A stretch of DNA of 64,000 bases from an uncultured Bacteroidota bacterium. Lineage in GTDB: Bacteria; Bacteroidota; Ignavibacteria; UBA10030; UBA6906. Each line of letters opens with the position of its first letter. Position 1 is the stretch's first letter. The notes under the pieces are model-generated. The model saw only the letters and a list, made by a program, of their open reading frames with translations. It had not been told where the DNA came from and ran no database searches. A program made the translations under genes and the position numbers. Below, piece by piece: positions 21,100 through 31,029 of the stretch. The DNA is taken from assembly GCA_963700635.1 (NCBI GenBank), contig CAVOYH010000003.1, positions 1,376,001 through 1,440,000 on the forward strand. Reading direction: 5' to 3'.

Positions 21100-22283
21100 A
21101 ACCCGAACCCCACATCCCGCATACCACGTTCCGAATGTCGGAACGGCTCCGGAAGACCCTTCTCGGCGTCACCCTTGCCGGATTGTCCATCGCGGCGCTT
21201 GGCGTCATTGTATCACCCGAACGTACGTGGCCCAATATTCTCCTGGCCAATTATTATCTGATGAGTCTCGGACTGGCGGGCGTGTTCTTTGTCGCGCTGC
21301 AGTATGTGTCCAATGCGGGCTGGCCGACGGCATTCCGGCGTGTGCCCGAAGCGATGATAACAACCATCCCGGTCTCCGGACTGGTGATGCTCGTTATCCT
21401 GTTCGGCATTCCCGCGCTCTACGAATGGAGCCACGTGTCGGCCGTGGAGCAGAGCAGGGTGCTGCAGGCAAAAGCAGGGTGGCTGAATATCCCCTTCTTT
21501 GCCGTCCGCACCGTTCTCTATCTGACGGTATGGGTTGTCCTTGCCTCCGCCATCGTCCGTTTGTCCCGAAAACAGGATCTGGATGGCGGGGTGGTGCACA
21601 CGCTCAGGAACAGAAAATTCTCGGCGGCATTTATCGTTGTCTTTGCTTTGACATTCACGCTTGCCAGCATGGACTGGATCATGTCGCTGGAACCCCACTG
21701 GTTCAGCACCATCTTCGGCGTGTACAATTTCAGCGGTCTGTTTCTGAACGGTCTTGCGACGATCACGTTGAGTGTCATTCTCCTGCGCCGGTGGGGGTTT
21801 CTGGCGGGGGTTGTCAGCGATGCGCATCTGCATGATCTCGGCAAACTTCTCTTTGCTTTCAGTACCTTCTGGATGTACATCTGGTTCAGCCAGTACATCC
21901 TCATATGGTATGCGAACATCCCCGAAGAAGTGCGGTACTACACCACGCGTTCACAGGGAGGGTGGCTGGTATTGACGATCGTGAATGTGGTTTTCAACTG
22001 GTTGATACCGTTTCTCATCCTGCTCCCCGCCTGGACGAAGAAAAACGAAGCGGTTCTGTTTCGCGTCTGCATCATTCTCATGATCGGTCACTGGATTGAT
22101 TTGTTCTGGATGATTCTTCCTCCCTTTATGAAAGGGAATCCCACGTTGTTCTTCTGGGAAATCGGTCCCATAGCTGCTGCAATCGGTGGATTCTTCCTGT
22201 TGACATTCAGGACTTTGGCCAGGCACAAACTCGTCCCGGCGAAGGACCCGTACCTCGCTGAAAGTATCACACGAGACCATTAA
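21096..22283 (+). CDS. actF: Alternative complex III membrane subunit F
   Basis: [32 protein letters not shown]...WMYIWFSQ...WYANIPEE; ATGA overlap with actE. Confidence 0.92.
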   Translation: MKPEPHIPHTTFRMSERLRKTLLGVTLAGLSIAALGVIVSPERTWPNILLANYYLMSLGLAGVFFVALQYVSNAGWPTAFRRVPEAMITTIPVSGLVMLVILFGIPALYEWSHVSAVEQSRVLQAKAGWLNIPFFAVRTVLYLTVWVVLASAIVRLSRKQDLDGGVVHTLRNRKFSAAFIVVFALTFTLASMDWIMSLEPHWFSTIFGVYNFSGLFLNGLATITLSVILLRRWGFLAGVVSDAHLHDLGKLLFAFSTFWMYIWFSQYILIWYANIPEEVRYYTTRSQGGWLVLTIVNVVFNWLIPFLILLPAWTKKNEAVLFRVCIILMIGHWIDLFWMILPPFMKGNPTLFFWEIGPIAAAIGGFFLLTFRTLARHKLVPAKDPYLAESITRDH

Positions 22284-22293
22284 GGGAGGTGGC

Positions 22294-24374
22294 ATGAACA
22301 GAAAGACTTTTGTCCGGTTACTCGGAGCAGCTCTTCTACTCCTCGTCGCGTTACCCGGTGAAGGGCAATGGGTGAAAACGAACGGACCCGATGGAGGATC
22401 GGTAGATTGTTTTGTGGGTGATTCCGCGGCATTGTATGCCGGAACCAGCGGGGGGATCTATCGTACAACTGATGCCGGTGGATCCTGGGGCTGGTTCGGG
22501 GGAGGGCTCACAACGGACCGTGTACAATCACTGCTTCGGGATAAGGGCATGCTCTACGCCGGAACCGCCGGAGGGGGTGTGTTCAAATCCACCGACGAAG
22601 GGGTGACCTGGGCGTCCTCCAATACAGGGCTCGCGTATCTCAGCATACTGGCACTCGCCGCGACGGACTCGGGCGTGTTTTCAACGAGTGCCGGAGGAAT
22701 CTACCGCTCTACCACCGGCGGAACAAGTTGGTTTCCCGTCAACACGGGGCTGACCAAAACGCGCACGCGGTGCCTCCTGTCAGCTGATAATACGCTCTTT
22801 GCGGGAACGGATGGCGCAGGTATGTTTCGTTCCACCGATCAGGGCGGACTCTGGATACCGATAAACACTGGGTTGACCGATTCGGTGATCACATCCTCGG
22901 TACTGGCAGGGGGGACTCTCTTCATTGGCACCCAATCCGCAGGTGTTTTTCGATCCACCGATGACGGAGCATCCTGGACGGCGGTCAATGACGGACTGCT
23001 CAACCTTTCTGTGAGCGCGGTTGCAGGCGACCCGGCTGTTCTCTTCGCCGGAACCTGGTTTAACGGCTGTTACCGTTCCACCAACCAGGGGGCCACATGG
23101 GTGAGGGTCGGTCTCGGTACGACCAACGGTGCGGTGCGGTCCGTTCTGGTGACCGGCGGACGGGTATTCCTCGGAACACTTGGTGGCGCGTATGTATCAA
23201 ACGATCAGGGTACCTCCTGGTCGAATATCTCGGCCGGCATCTGGGCCACCGCCGTCCTTGCACTCTATCCTACACCTTCAGGGCTGTTTGCCGGAACGAA
23301 CACCACGGGAGTCGCGGTTACAATCAACAAGGGTGCCACATGGCATACTGCCGGCACAGGCATTACCTATCCGTCAGTGTATGCTCTTACGAAAGCCGGC
23401 TCGACTCTCCTTGCCGGGACCAATGGTAACGGCGTATTCGGTTCCACGGACGACGGACTCACGTGGAATCCGAGGAATGCGGGAATTACCATGATGAACA
23501 TTCTCACACTGGCGAGTAATGGTGCTGCCACGTATGCAGGGACATTGGACGGATTGTTCATTTCCACAAATGAAGGGGCGGTCTGGTCCACGGCCCCAAT
23601 CGGTCACACCGGGGCGACGGTGTACGGGCTGGTTACGCTGGACACACTCGTGTTTGCCGGGATCTACGGCGTTGGCGTTTTGAAGTCAACAGACGGAGGG
23701 CAGACATGGAACACCGCCAATGCAGGCCTTGGTGATCTGAGCGTCCGGTCACTCTCTGTTTCAGGAACTACACTCCTCCTAGGTATTTTCGGGGAGGGTA
23801 TATTCCGGTCCACAAATCGGGGCGTGGGCTGGCAGGCGTCTACGACCATGTGGCCCCTGGGCGGAGTCACCGCGGTCGCAACCAGCGGGACGACAATGTT
23901 TGCCGCTACAGATTACTATGGCGTGTTCCGTTCGGAAGACGGAGGGGACACCTGGGCCGAGGTGAATGAAGGACTCGTCTCGAAGCAACTCCAGGCCCTG
24001 GCGGTCGCAGGTGGGGATCTGTATGCAGGCTCAAGTGGTTCAGGAGTATGGAGGCGGCCCATTTCAGAACTGGTCACATCCACGCCGCGCGATGCAGACC
24101 GTTCGCTGCCGGAGGGGTTCAGCATGGAGCAGAATTATCCCAATCCGTTTAATCCCTCGACCACAATCCGTTATGGATTGCCCCGTCGCTCGCACGTCAC
24201 GCTGTCGATCTACAATAGTCTGGGCCAGCGTGTGGCGCAGCTCGTCAACGGCGAGAGGGGGGAGGCTATCACGAGGAGCAATTCGACGGTTCACGTCTGG
24301 CCAGCGGTGTATACTTCTACAGGATTCAATCAGGATCGTTCGTCCAAACAAATCGGCTGGTGTTGATGCGTTGA
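22294..24374 (+). CDS. Secreted BNR/Asp-box repeat beta-propeller protein with T9SS CTD; frameshift in the CTD
   Basis: About 14 S-T-D-x-G-x-x-W repeats and QNYPNPFNP. Adding one base at G6 24257-24262 restores [36 protein letters not shown]. Confidence 0.85.
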
Positions 24375-24519
24375 CTCCTGCTAGGGGAACTGTCGGGCCC
24401 GGTACTGAAGGTAGTCCTCTATGGTATCGATGTCCGACAGTTCTCGCAGCAAAACGACGGTTGCCTGATGTTCTTGAAGGAGACGGAATGAATCCTCGAT
24501 TTTTCGGTTCCCGGCGCAT

Positions 24520-25867
24520 TCATCGGGCGGTCCACTCCGTCTCAGATGCCGATTCCGTTTTCCACCGACCTGAGGCCGCCTTCCTGCCGAATTGACCTCT
24601 TGCGATTTCCCAGCCAAGAACCAGAAAAAACGGAACATACTCGATAAGGAGCAACAGCGTATTCTCCTGCCAGACTGATGTCAGGCGGTACTGGTAGACA
24701 ACGATATTGCTGATGTTTGACAACCCGAGGAAGACGAATACCGCAGTTGACCATCGCAGGGTTATGAGCGCGGCGATCCACGTCAGGTACCACGGGTGAA
24801 CGACCGGTGCGAAAATAATCATGCCAAGGAATATGAGAAAAACCTTTTCCGGGATGGGGCGATCAATAGAAAGAACCCCTGCCACCCAGAGCAGTGTTGC
24901 TCCTGCGCAGTAGAGATGCGCCATTTCGTTCGATCCAACGAGGGCATACACGAGTGCGAACACCGAGCCGTTAAATTCCCATCGCGAACTGAATACAGCA
25001 AGGGATTCAAACAATCCGCCCGTAGGCTCACGGTAGAGCCAGTACCCGGCAACGACGAGTGCGGCAGTAACACCTGGTATCCAGATGCTCTTCCAGTGTC
25101 GAAGGGACCGCATGGTGAGCGGTGCGAGGACCAGTGGGACGAGTTTCGTAAGCACTGCACCTCCCAGAGCGATTGCGGCGAAGACGCGTTTGTTCTTCAC
25201 GAGCAGCAGCACAAAGAGGAGCATCAAGAGTATCCCGAGAGAATCCACATGGCCGTCGAGGCCAAAGTACAGTACGGGAAGCGGGGACCACGCATACACC
25301 AGGATACCTTCCGGCGGCAGACCAAGGCGACGAAGGAGGAGGAGCAGTATTCCCAAAGACCCGATATCACACAGGACCAGCAGGAACTTCAGTCCCGTGA
25401 GAGAATCCCCGAACAGGAGCGTCGAGAAGGCGAAGAGGCCCTGAGCAAGCGGAGGATAGATCGTACGCATGCCGGGGTGATTGATTTTCCCCGGCAAGGT
25501 GTCGGTGCTCAGGGACTTCAGTGTGGGGTCAGAGGGGGAAAAAGCGAAGGGATTAATACCGTGCACGGCAACCCTGCCGTCCCACACGTACCGGTAGATA
25601 TCATCGGATCCGACAGGATCATGGGCAACAAGGGTGAGTCGAAAAAGAATGCCAAACCCGACAATCAACGGGACCAAGCTTCTCCGGTCCGTGGCGGGTT
25701 GCTTCGTACGCCGGAGACGCAATAACGGCGACGACGAGAAGGAGAAATGTCAGGCCGTTCACCACGATGAACGCGACAATATCCTGGAGCGGGTCATGCA
25801 CAATGTACAGCCCGATGTAACAGAGCTCCATCAGGACGCCAAGCGTGATACCATGAAGTCTGGACAC
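24520..25867 (-). CDS. GT-C fold membrane glycosyltransferase (GT87/DUF2029-like); frameshift near 25723
   Basis: SDDIYRYVWDG...NPF, TIYPP, YAWSPL, GHVD and HPWY. The two N-terminal TM helices (VSRLHGITLGVLMELCY...) lie in an adjacent frame. Confidence 0.8.
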
Positions 25868-26262
25868 GACTAGACCTTTTTTACGAGGTATTTTGCTATT
25901 GTATAGAGGATCATCGCCGAGGCTTTTACTGTCCCCGCCAGGGTGCCTGCCACTTTGGATTTGTTTGCCATAGTAGTGATGACTTGGATGGAGTGACAGG
26001 TGCTGGCTGGCGGCTGGGCGAATGCTGGTGCGTATAGTAGGGAATCCACACTCCAGAGTCAATATTTGTCGGCTGGCGGACAAATCTTCAGCGTGTGTGA
26101 TTCGGAGCTTGACAATTCGCAAAAGGATACTCTCATTGCGCCGGCAGAGTATCTGCCTGCACCGGTCAAGGCCAGCATACTCGCCAACAAACAGAGATTC
26201 CCATTCCCGATCTGCCCGGAGATGTCCTCCGTACACGATCATGAACGAAGGGACTTCGTACA

Positions 26263-27729
26263 ATGAGTACTGCTGTGATTATCTTTGGGGCTTCCGGTGA
26301 TCTTGCGGCAAGGAAGCTGATTCCCGCCCTGTACAACAATCTGAAGAAAAAGCGCCTGCCGGATCAGACGCGAATTATTGGATTCTCGTCCTCCACTTTT
26401 ACAGACGATGAGTTCCGTCAGAAAATGAGACTGGCGATGCAGACATTCGCACCGGCAGATTTCGATGAAGCCGAATGGAGCGCATTTGCGCCGAACCTCT
26501 ACTACCAACCGGGGAAGTTTGAGAATGACAAGGATTTTGCTGCACTGGCAAGAAAGATTCAGACAACCGGCGGTCAACCGGACAACTGCCTGTTCTATCT
26601 TGCCGTCGCGCCACGGTTCTTTCCGGTAGTGCTGGCGCGAATGGGTGCATCACACATGGTTGACGAAGGGAACCGGACAGGATACAGGAGGATCATTCTT
26701 GAAAAACCGTTCGGGCGCGATCTTCCCTCGGCTCGTGCTCTGAATCAGGAGCTGCTGAAGGTCGTTTCTGAGGATCAGATCTATCGTATCGACCATTACC
26801 TCGGCAAGGAGACTGTACAAAACGTTCTCCTGCTGAGATTCGGCAACGCAATCTTCGAACCTCTCTGGAACAGAAACTATATCGATCATGTTCAGATCAC
26901 CGTCGCTGAAACCGTCGGTGTCGAGCACCGGGCCGGGTATTATGACGTCACGGGTGCCCTCCGGGACATGTTTCAAAACCACCTCCTGCAGCTTCTGACT
27001 CTGGTAGCGATGGAACCTCCAGCCAAAGTGGAAGCAAATGCCCTGCGGAATGAAAAAGTCAAAGTCCTCGAGGCAATCCGGGATATCGTGCCGGAACATG
27101 TTTCGCGGTATACCGTCCGGGGTCAGTATGAAGGATACCTCTCTGAAAAGGGGGTTGCACCGGCGTCAGAAACGGAAACGTACGCCGCACTCCAGGTGTA
27201 TGTCGATAACTGGCGCTGGCAGGGAGTTCCGTTCTACCTGCGTTCCGGAAAGTTGTTGACCGAAAAGACGTCGGAAATCGTGATTCAGTTCCGGCGACCT
27301 CCCACCCAGATCTTCGATGTTCAGGCGGGAGTCACGGAGCTCTTTACAAACCGATTGAGCATCTGCATTCAGCCGGATGAAGGAATACACCTCCGGTTCA
27401 TCGCCAAGGTTCCCGACCAGGGGATAACAACCAGACCGGTTGACATGGATTTTCACTACAGAGATTCGTTCAGTGGGGAGGTCATCCCGGAAGCGTACGA
27501 ACGTTTGCTTCTTGATGCCCTCCGCGGGGATGCGTCGTTGTTCGCCCGGAGTGATGAGATCGAACTTGCGTGGAAACTGGTCGACGGTATCCGGACCGGA
27601 TGGGAGAGTGAAACAGCTCCCCCGCTGGAGACATACCAGCCGGGGTCATGGGGACCAGAAGCAGCGGAGAAACTTCTGGGCCGCGAAAGGCGGTGGTGGA
27701 TGCACGACTGCGGAGCGCATGAACAGTAA
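26263..27729 (+). CDS. zwf: Glucose-6-phosphate 1-dehydrogenase
   Basis: IFGASGDLA, EKPFG, YRIDHYLGKE, RDMFQNHL and WRWQGVPFYLRSGK. Confidence 0.98.
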   Translation: MSTAVIIFGASGDLAARKLIPALYNNLKKKRLPDQTRIIGFSSSTFTDDEFRQKMRLAMQTFAPADFDEAEWSAFAPNLYYQPGKFENDKDFAALARKIQTTGGQPDNCLFYLAVAPRFFPVVLARMGASHMVDEGNRTGYRRIILEKPFGRDLPSARALNQELLKVVSEDQIYRIDHYLGKETVQNVLLLRFGNAIFEPLWNRNYIDHVQITVAETVGVEHRAGYYDVTGALRDMFQNHLLQLLTLVAMEPPAKVEANALRNEKVKVLEAIRDIVPEHVSRYTVRGQYEGYLSEKGVAPASETETYAALQVYVDNWRWQGVPFYLRSGKLLTEKTSEIVIQFRRPPTQIFDVQAGVTELFTNRLSICIQPDEGIHLRFIAKVPDQGITTRPVDMDFHYRDSFSGEVIPEAYERLLLDALRGDASLFARSDEIELAWKLVDGIRTGWESETAPPLETYQPGSWGPEAAEKLLGRERRWWMHDCGAHEQ

Positions 27730-27756
27730 CCATCAGCAAGTTGATCCGGATATCGT

Positions 27757-28500
27757 ATGACACCAACGGTCGAGGTATATGAGACGATTTCTGCTCTCGA
27801 GGACGCTGCGGCTGAATACATCACGACGGATGCAACGGCTTCGATCCAGGACAGGGGTGTGTTTACTATTTCCCTTGCGGGGGGCAATACACCCCGGGGT
27901 GTCTACCGGCGCCTTGCCACGAGTCCGTACCGTGATCGTATAGACTGGAGCCGCGTCCATGTGTGCTTTGGAGATGAGCGAGTGGTCGGACCCGACGATC
28001 CACAGAGTAATTTCGGCATGGCGACGGAGGAATTACTCTCCCGGGTTCCTCTCGCGGAAACGAACGTGCACCGGATACACGGAGAATGGTCTGCAGATGC
28101 GGCGGCAAAGGCGTATGCAGAAGAAATGAAATACCTCCTGCGGGGTCAGTCTGATCGTCTCGATCTTGTCGTGCTTGGTTTGGGTGCGGACGGGCACACT
28201 GCATCGCTCTTTCCGGGTACCGATGTTCTGGATGAGGACTCTGAAATGGTGCGCGCGGTCTTCGTGCCAGAGTTGACGAGTTGGCGTGTCACGATGACGT
28301 ATCCGTTGCTGAACAGAGCCCGCGCGGTGCTGTTCCTGGTCGCGGGAATTCAGAAAGCCGCGATTGTCCAACGTGTGCTCAGCTCACGCAGGTTCGAGCC
28401 TGTTATACCCGCCTCGGGAGTGCTGCCGGCGGATGGGACAGTGCGGTGGATGCTCGACATCGGGGCTGCAGCGGCGCTCGGCGGTGCAACACTCCGATGA
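27757..28500 (+). CDS. pgl: 6-phosphogluconolactonase
   Basis: LAGGNTP, GDERVV...SNF and LGLGADGHTASLFP; adjacent to zwf. Confidence 0.96.
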   Translation: MTPTVEVYETISALEDAAAEYITTDATASIQDRGVFTISLAGGNTPRGVYRRLATSPYRDRIDWSRVHVCFGDERVVGPDDPQSNFGMATEELLSRVPLAETNVHRIHGEWSADAAAKAYAEEMKYLLRGQSDRLDLVVLGLGADGHTASLFPGTDVLDEDSEMVRAVFVPELTSWRVTMTYPLLNRARAVLFLVAGIQKAAIVQRVLSSRRFEPVIPASGVLPADGTVRWMLDIGAAAALGGATLR

Positions 28501-28513
28501 CCAACAGATGAGG

Positions 28514-28978
28514 TCAGGGCTTCCGGAATTTCTGTGCCGGATGTTTGACAATCAGCACCGAGCACGGAGCTTTGCGTATGACCTTCTCCGTGACGCTGCC
28601 AATCAGGACTTGCGCCAGCCCGGAGCGTCCATGGCTCCCCATGACGATGATGTCCGCCTTTACGTCTCTGGCGCACCTGATGATCTGAACAAACGGCTGT
28701 CCATCCCGGATGACAGCGTCGCATTTGATTCCCTTGCCTCTGGCTTCACTTCTCAGCCGTGCCAATTTCTGCTCCGCGCGTTCTTTTAGAGCCCCGTAAA
28801 TCTGTGCGGGAGTCATCGCTACGACCAGAAACTGATAGTCCTGTGGCATGCGATGCACCACATGCACGACCACAAGTTTGGCCTTCTGTTTGCTGGCATG
28901 GAGAAGAGCATGTTTCCAGGCAACAGCAGAACTGCCGGAGAAATCGGTCGGAAAGAGGATGGTCTTAATGCTTTTCAT
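28514..28978 (-). CDS. Universal stress protein
   Basis: ILFPTDFS, DIIVMGSHGRSG and IGSVTEKVIRKAPCSVL; GGAGG RBS before ATG 28978. Confidence 0.95.
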   Translation of the reverse strand: MKSIKTILFPTDFSGSSAVAWKHALLHASKQKAKLVVVHVVHRMPQDYQFLVVAMTPAQIYGALKERAEQKLARLRSEARGKGIKCDAVIRDGQPFVQIIRCARDVKADIIVMGSHGRSGLAQVLIGSVTEKVIRKAPCSVLIVKHPAQKFRKP

Positions 28979-29019
28979 ATTCGCCTCCGGATGTGTCAAG
29001 CAGCGTTGTGAGCATGGTC

Positions 29020-29235
29020 TTATCCTCCTGCCGGGTCCCATGTTTCGGGGCCGGGACTATGCGTGTTTGAAAAGTGATCTGAACCACTCCTCCCGTCATC
29101 CTGCCTGCCATCAGTGATCCTGCGACCTGAAGTACACACCGGACAAATCCAGAGCCCCTCGCTGCTGCCCCTTCGCTGAACAAAGGCCATGCGCGACGTG
29201 CACCGTCTGCACTGAACACTTGGCGTGAATGTCAT
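29020..29235 (-). CDS. Small putative zinc-ribbon protein
   Basis: QCRRC...WICPVC (two CxxC), with a GGAG RBS 9 nt upstream, directly behind the DUF2294 stop. Confidence 0.45.
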   Translation of the reverse strand: MTFTPSVQCRRCTSRMAFVQRRGSSEGLWICPVCTSGRRITDGRQDDGRSGSDHFSNTHSPGPETWDPAGG

Positions 29236-29250
29236 TGGTCATCACTCCCT

Positions 29251-29613
29251 TCATTTCGCCGTCACCGGTCCCAAATAGATCACGATACTCATATCCTCCG
29301 GCTGAGTGCCGAAGATGTAGTGAATGCTTCTGATGCTTCTTTGCAGGAAGTCCGCGACCCTTCCGCGCAACACGTGCTCTGACTGTTTGAATAGCTGCTC
29401 GCGCAATTGTTGATACGACGAAACGGTGGAGCCATTCCGGTCGAGCAAATCCTTTTCCGCAGGTGAAAGAAGATTCCGGATGATCACCACGGCGATGTCT
29501 TCGGTGAGTTCCGTCTTCATGTCTGTGGGAGTTTCTCCAACATGTGTGACAAGGAAATTCTTCACAATAAGATTGACTCCAATTGCCAGACTTCCTGCCG
29601 AGGTTTCCGCCAT
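29251..29613 (-). CDS. DUF2294 / MpsC-family protein (divergent paralog)
   Basis: HVGETP...IRNLLSPAEKDL...QQLREQL parallels the neighbouring paralog; GGAG RBS before ATG 29613. Confidence 0.75.
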   Translation of the reverse strand: MAETSAGSLAIGVNLIVKNFLVTHVGETPTDMKTELTEDIAVVIIRNLLSPAEKDLLDRNGSTVSSYQQLREQLFKQSEHVLRGRVADFLQRSIRSIHYIFGTQPEDMSIVIYLGPVTAK

Positions 29614-29663
29614 AGAATCTCCATGCCTGATGACGCAAGAGAGGGAATGAGAACCGGTCGACC

Positions 29664-29790
29664 AGAATGAAGAAACCAACACTGGTCATCGCTCGTGATG
29701 ACTCGTGTTGGTTTACCAACCACCAAATCGCCCCTGCAGCAATTCGCAGGGAATATTTCGTGATCCGTCTACCCGGTATGTACCAGCTTC
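29664..29790 (-). ncRNA. Candidate cis-regulatory structured leader (attenuator) upstream of the second DUF2294 gene
   Basis: Lies between the promoter and the ATG. Contains hairpin CCCUGC/GCAGGG (29732-29751) and a long hairpin AAACCAACAC..GUCAUC/GAUGAC..GUGUUGGUUU (29673-29714) followed by CUUCAUUCU. Confidence 0.5.
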
Positions 29791-29796
29791 ATGTCA

Positions 29797-29825
29797 AATA
29801 TACGGCAAGACGTCAGCGTTGTCAA
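29797..29825 (-). promoter_or_regulatory. Sigma70-type promoter
   Basis: TTGACA-17 bp-TATATT on the minus strand. Confidence 0.75.
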
Positions 29826-29880
29826 GCACAATCGGCACAATCGGGTCTGCGCAAAAGAGCACGGCGGTGCAGCGAAAAAA

Positions 29881-30234
29881 TCAGGGCGCCTTCATCAGCG
29901 TGAATACGATTATACGTTCCCCCGTCCTGGCGCTGATATCGGAATGCATACTCGTTACGTCGCGGCGTGTGATGTCATTGATGAGACGTATGAGCATATC
30001 CTTTGAGTTTTCGATCAGCGTCTGCCGGACTTCCTTGAGCAGCCTGATCCCCGCGGGGTCTTTTGCCAGCTGAATCTCTGCCGGTGTCAGAACGCCCTCC
30101 AGCCGGACAATAATCATATCGTCGAGGAAGTGCGTGCTCGTGCGGGCGGGTCCACGTCCCATGTGTTCCCGCTCGAACGTGACCATTGCTTCGCTAATCT
30201 GAGCTTCAATTTGTCCGATAGATTTCTGGGGCAT
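29881..30234 (-). CDS. DUF2294 / MpsC-family protein
   Basis: EAQISEA...FEREHMGRGP...RLEGVLTPAE...KEVR...SMHSDISARTGERIIVF. Confidence 0.9.
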   Translation of the reverse strand: MPQKSIGQIEAQISEAMVTFEREHMGRGPARTSTHFLDDMIIVRLEGVLTPAEIQLAKDPAGIRLLKEVRQTLIENSKDMLIRLINDITRRDVTSMHSDISARTGERIIVFTLMKAP

Positions 30235-30355
30235 GGGAATGCGCAGGGTGATTCACAAACAGGGTACTGTAACCCTAATGTACGGAAATGTCACAGAATA
30301 TCCACTCAACACATCCGGTGAAGGGGTATCAAACGACCGCTGCTGAGGTCTTCTC

Positions 30356-30390
30356 AAAAAAAATCCCCGGCCGCCGTGTGGCGACCGGGG
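30356..30390 (-). terminator. Rho-independent terminator after the cold-shock gene
   Basis: CCCCGGTCGCC-ACAC-GGCGGCCGGGG followed by A and T8 on the minus strand. Confidence 0.85.
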
Positions 30391-30419
30391 TTACAACGGC
30401 CTCTAACGCTGTGGACGAA

Positions 30420-30620
30420 TTACGTCCTTCTTACGCCTGTGGCCTGGAGACCCTTCGGGCCGTTGGTGACTTCAAAACCAACTTTGTCACCTTCGTTGAG
30501 GGTTTTGTAACCGTCACCGACGATCTCCTTAAAATGCACAAAGACATCTTCGCCAGTTGCGCGTGAGATAAAACCGTAGCCTTTAGCTCCGTTGAACCAT
30601 TTTACTGTTCCTTCTTCCAT
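30420..30620 (-). CDS. csp: Cold-shock protein
   Basis: [15 protein letters not shown] (RNP1), DVFVHF (RNP2) and GPKGLQA; 66 aa. Confidence 0.97.
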   Translation of the reverse strand: MEEGTVKWFNGAKGYGFISRATGEDVFVHFKEIVGDGYKTLNEGDKVGFEVTNGPKGLQATGVRRT

Positions 30621-30844
30621 GGAACAATTCCTTTCAAAAAATACAAATCCGCTGCCGGCGGACACGGCCATCAACATCCAGAAGTGTGCCATGAAAGCAA
30701 AAATCGCAACCAGGTTTATACTGCATCATGGTTGCGATCTCGAGCTGTCCAGCTATGGGCCTGTCTGATGTACTTGAACAAACCCCGCTTCGGTTTCCCG
30801 AAGCCAACGTAAAGCCACAACGATGTTCTAATGATGTGTATAAC

Positions 30845-30873
30845 AATATACGCTATCAGGTGGACAATAGCAA
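30845..30873 (-). promoter_or_regulatory. Probable csp promoter, giving a ~220 nt 5' UTR
   Basis: TTGCTA-17 bp-TATATT; long leaders are typical of csp genes. Confidence 0.55.
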
Positions 30874-31029
30874 GAATATTCGAGGCGAATTACCGCATTC
30901 CTGAAAATGTCAGGATATTGCATGCCCATTGGCCACAACTGCACCCGGCTGCCGCCCCGGATGCAGTTGTGGCCGTTGTGCACGATTATGGGCGTTTCCG
31001 CGCCTCACCAAAACCGGATCTCACCGCAA

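Noticed and set aside
29073-29088. CRP/FNR-like palindrome AGTGATCTGAACCACT upstream of the USP gene
   Set aside because: Imperfect single match inside a possible ORF; too weak to call.
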